Shown piece after piece: positions 60,135-64,000 of a stretch of DNA of 64,000 bases. A program made the position numbers and the translations under genes. The DNA comes from Promethearchaeati archaeon (GTDB taxonomy: Archaea; Asgardarchaeota; Heimdallarchaeia; Heimdallarchaeales; Heimdallarchaeaceae): contig JABLTJ010000017.1 in assembly GCA_013166775.1 (NCBI GenBank), positions 1 to 64,000 on the forward strand, given 5' to 3'. The notes under the pieces are model-generated. The model had not been told where the DNA came from. It was given only the letters and a program-made list of their open reading frames with translations, and ran no database searches. Numbering within the stretch: position 1 is the stretch's first letter; each line of letters opens with the position of its first letter.

Positions 60135-60564
60135 ATGAAATTAATAGAGTTTAAGGAAAGAAAGAATGGCAAAGTAGCTTTTAGTTTGATAACAACAATT
60201 GGAGTATTATTCGTAGGGTATGCAATCGTTGCTTTTATTGGAGCAACTTTGCTTAGAGAATTGATAGGAATAGGAACAGTATTTGCAATTGGTTTTGTAG
60301 CAGTTCTGTATTTTCTTCTTCTACCAAAAGAAAAGGACATTTCAGAGAAAGTTATCTAGATTACTGCTGGTATTATTTGCGTATGTTCGATAATAATCAC
60401 GAGTGTATATGCGTTTATAGGTTCTGGGGGATAGCCGGTATTTTTGGTTAATAACACTTCCAGTAGCAATAATAGGAATAACAGGGACAATGTTTACAAT
60501 TCTAACAAGTAAAGAATTAAAGGAAGAAGAAACAGGAAAAAAGAGTGAAGATAAGAAAAATTAA
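60135..60564 (+). pseudogene. Probable disrupted multi-transmembrane protein
   Basis: Hydrophobic frame continues past TAG 60357 (ITAGIICVCSIIITSVYAFIGSGG*PVFLV), then shifts frame (ITLPVAIIGITGTMFTIL...KKN*). Confidence 0.55.
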
Positions 60565-60636
60565 CTTCTAAAAAATAGAAAGGCTTATTACTATTCTAAA
60601 GAAAAAAAGAATGCAAGAAACAAACAAAAAATCAAA

Positions 60637-60710
60637 GCGGGATTAGCAAAGAAGCCATGCCGCGGTCTGCAAAACCGTTTACCGGAGTGCAAATCTCCGA
60701 TCCCGCTCCA
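60637..60710 (+). tRNA. tRNA-Cys(GCA)
   Basis: Acceptor GCGGGAT/ATCCCGC; GCGGT-CT-GCA-AA-ACCGT; U73 discriminator; CCA. Confidence 0.9.
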
Positions 60711-60803
60711 CTCTAATTTCTATCCTCAACTTTTTTTAATAAATATACTCTTACGATATTATTAATCAGCAGAGCGGCTATGCGTCGCATACTATGAAGC
60801 TAT

Positions 60804-62765
60804 CTAAACTTCTGCGCTTTGTTCAGACTCACTTGCTTGGTTACTCCCCATACCCCTCGTATGCGTAGAGGGGTGGGTTTTTAATCTTAATAATTCTACT
60901 CCTTTATCTCTTACATTTTTAGCTGAATTAATGTGTGTATCAATTGTTTTTCCACATTTTCTGCATTTTGCTCTATCGTATCTTTTCAGTGTTCTCTCTA
61001 TGGTTCCTCCACATATGTTGTGCTTCCTGCTTGTTCCTCTTGCATCCACTTTGACTAGTTTCACTTCATATCCTAAAACATTGGAAGCTAATTGAACTGC
61101 CTTCTCGATCATTTGCATATTCTTCGGCATACTACTAATTGCTATCGCTAACGCTCCTTTCCTTCCTCTTTGATCTATTTCTAAGTCTTCTACAAAGAAG
61201 GTTTTGCATTTACTCTTTATCATCACAGAAGCTAGAAAGTGTGGTATCATGTTGAATATTTCCTTCTTTATTCTAAATTTTCTTTGGTAGATTCTAGCTA
61301 GTTCTCCCTTCGCTTTGATATAAGCATTCGATTTCTTTTTTTGTCCCTTCATAGTTAGATTATGATGCATTTCAGGAATTGTTTTCTTCGTTAATTCCTG
61401 ATATTTCTCTATTAACAAGTCAAATTCTTTCGCTAGCTTTACCCCATTCGATAGAGCAAGCATGTGCTTTCCTATCCTATTAACATCTAGTCCAATCTCA
61501 TCTTCTTTTGGAGGTCTCATTCTCTTAGCGAATTGTTTTGTTAGCTTAGTACTGAGGAAAACTTCTACGGGTCCCTCTAGAACCACTGCTACCCTAACTT
61601 TGTAACTTGGTGCAGGACTGCTACGAATATATAATACTCTTATTCGAGCACCATTTGCTAGATATCTTAAAACCTTCTTTGAAATAACAAGTGTAGCTGT
61701 TATCCTTGGATGGTCCTTAAGCAAAAATCCTATGTCAAACTCTCCGTTAGCTTTTGCAAGAAATGTCATGTGTTCGGAATTTCCTGGTCTCATTACTACT
61801 AATCTATCTTTCATTAACAATATTATTGGTATTCTTCCTTTCTTCTTTTTATGAAAAGGTGGATTAACTACTTCTTCTGGTCGAGTACTCTTGATCAATT
61901 TTATAGCAGTCTTCCCTATATCTGGAAAGAGTGCGAAGACGATGATTGTCCTCAATGCTGAGAAGAGCACTCTATGAGGTTTGCCTATCGCTTCAGCAAT
62001 AGTCTTGTTTAACAGTCTGATGCTTCTCCAACGTGAAGTGTGTTCTAGATTGTTCCAAGCAGTTAAGTGCGGAGCAACAATGCTTGTATTAATTGCTAGC
62101 AGTCTCAATGTATTTACAAAGGTTTGTGCTTGATTAGTCATATCAGGGGTAGTGAGTTGCATGGACATGTACTTGTTACACTTTTGGATAGCTCCTTCTA
62201 TCTCCTTCTGGGTTAAGAGTGGGAGTTTTGTATTGAATTTTAATTGAGGTGGACAGAATTTGTCTATTTGTCTTCTAGTTCTGTTGATTAGGTTGATTAC
62301 GTAAAGTCTACTTGCTTTCCACTTCTTAGTAAAATATAGTTCAGCTCTAGGACTACGGCCAAAGATTGCCCACTCTAAAGCTTGATCTTGGTTCTGTAGA
62401 AGATAATTGAAGAAATCTGCTACTTTCTTTTCCCTATCGTAAGCCCCTTTAGCAGCTACAAAGAGCCAATAATATGCACTCTTTGTAATATTTCTTGAGT
62501 TTTTGGTTGTTTTGGAGATTTCAGAAGGTACTCGTTTAGCTTCAGCTCTAGGATATTTCCTTGCTAAATCCATAGCTGTCTTCTTTGCTAGTCTATTGAA
62601 AGCAATGTCTTCTTGTTGAACCTGCAATCCTTTTATTCGTTGGTTAGCTTCTATTTCCTGTATCCGTTTGTCTTCTTTGGAACCATGGAACTTTACACCC
62701 ATATGGTAAGTACGGATGACTATTGCTTCAGGTTTTTGTACTTCTTGAACGGATACAGAATTCAT
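60804..62765 (-). mobile_element. Large TnpB/Cas12-like RuvC protein (653 aa); no tnpA or CRISPR array in the window
   Basis: RuvC-I IGLDVN, RuvC-II FVEDL, VDARGTSRKHNICG...KCRKCG Zn finger, RuvC-III-like DTHINSAKNV. Confidence 0.8.
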
Positions 62766-62933
62766 TCACTATACTTATCCACACTTTGGAATATAAAGTC
62801 GAAGAAAAAAAGTGATTCAAATATAATACACGAATAATACTGAAAATATGTGCTGTACATCATATTATCTATCAATTAATATACTTTCTTTGGGTTTTAT
62901 ATAGGGTAAAAACCTAATAATTCTTCGAGACTA

Positions 62934-63182
62934 ATGACAGATAACTATTATACTAAACAAAAAAGAAAAACAATCTTTTTGAAATGGTGTGTTTATGCTT
63001 TTGCAATTGGAGGAATTTTAGTGCTAATCTTAGGAATTGCACTAGAATTGTCTATTGGCGCAATTGTTGGAGGGATGACAGCTTGTATATTAAATGCATT
63101 ACTGCTCATTCTCATTTATCGTAAAAGAATAAAGAATTATCATCAAGGTATAGATCCATCAAAATTTATAACAAACGAATAA
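62934..63182 (+). CDS. Small protein with two transmembrane segments
   Basis: Two hydrophobic segments. Confidence 0.55.
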   Translation: MTDNYYTKQKRKTIFLKWCVYAFAIGGILVLILGIALELSIGAIVGGMTACILNALLLILIYRKRIKNYHQGIDPSKFITNE

Positions 63183-63262
63183 TAGATAAAGGATTCTGGA
63201 TCAGATAATAATATCTCTACACAACAGTATTTTTATTTCATGAATTTAAATAAAAGAAGAAA

Positions 63263-63979
63263 ATGAAATGGAAAGATGAATATTTCTCGGAATATGAAAA
63301 CTTCAGTAATAAAGAGAAACGACAAATCTCTGATAAATTTCTTCGATTAATTTGGATAAAAGAATTAGAAGAGGAACATAATTTTGATATCAGAAACATA
63401 GATCGTGTTTGTAGACCTCTCTTTATTGAAGCAAAAAACTGCTTTATTCAATATGTTTTACGTGGCTCAATAACAGTGATGGAAACAGCATTATCTGCTA
63501 TGCTCTTTAGGAACCTGGATGTTGGATTTTTTGAGAAGAAATGGCCCAATAGTACAAGAAGAAGAATCAATCAGAAAACAAAAGAAGAAACAATTGTAGA
63601 AATAACGGATACACGAATTATCATTTTTCATAAACTTATAGAATTAGCAAAGGAGGAAGGTTTAATTTCAAAAAAACTAGCAAAGGAACTTCATATTTTT
63701 CGATGGATAAGAAACGGTGTTGTTCACCATGAATTGATTCAGAAAAGCCACTTAGGTTCTCGATGGGAATCATACAGAGGAGAAGGTACTAAGTCATTAG
63801 GAAATACTTTCTTGTCCCCTTTTCCTAACGAAATCATTAAAAGAAACGGAAAAAAAGAAAAAAAATACGAATCCATAAAACTGTATAGCTTATTCGAAGG
63901 TGCACAGAAAGGATTCATTGAATTCTTCAATCTATACACAGAACTTATCAACAAAAATCCAAATATGGAAAAAAAATAA
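63263..63979 (+). CDS. Hypothetical protein with HEPN-like RxxxxH motif
   Basis: FHKLIELAKEEGLI...RWIRNGVVH. Confidence 0.55.
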   Translation: MKWKDEYFSEYENFSNKEKRQISDKFLRLIWIKELEEEHNFDIRNIDRVCRPLFIEAKNCFIQYVLRGSITVMETALSAMLFRNLDVGFFEKKWPNSTRRRINQKTKEETIVEITDTRIIIFHKLIELAKEEGLISKKLAKELHIFRWIRNGVVHHELIQKSHLGSRWESYRGEGTKSLGNTFLSPFPNEIIKRNGKKEKKYESIKLYSLFEGAQKGFIEFFNLYTELINKNPNMEKK

Positions 63980-64000
63980 CAGGATTATTATTACGTTCTC

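Overview
AT-rich archaeal chromosome segment, most likely an Asgard (Heimdallarchaeia-like) archaeon. This is inferred from PolD DP1/DP2, AglB, archaeal ribosomal proteins, an EF-2 paralog and eukaryotic-signature proteins (gelsolin-like, roadblock, Rab-like GTPase, Urm1-like). Most of 11.8-60 kb is housekeeping: ppa, pckG, an M42 peptidase, a probable oriC with ORBs near cdc6, tgtA, polC, topA, polB, aglB, tuf, the ftsY to rps19e cluster, three tRNAs and a C/D box sRNA. The most notable observation is at 1-11.8 kb: an array of five ~530-565 aa helical-repeat (TPR-like) genes, each next to an unannotated 19-23 aa micropeptide gene with consensus MM-(xxR)-YDP-acidic-[IL][LT]PP-x-W-x-P. The micropeptide genes share a promoter-like region and RBS, and most end in a hairpin. 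A sixth, orphan copy lies at 26.9 kb. The co-oriented cassettes start with a repeat that looks derived from the 16S rRNA 3' end and trailer. This may be an undescribed peptide/helical-repeat-receptor system; its function is inferred only. Other points: a conserved 34-bp palindrome present three times, and a large TnpB/Cas12-like gene with an altered RuvC-III next to tRNA-Cys.
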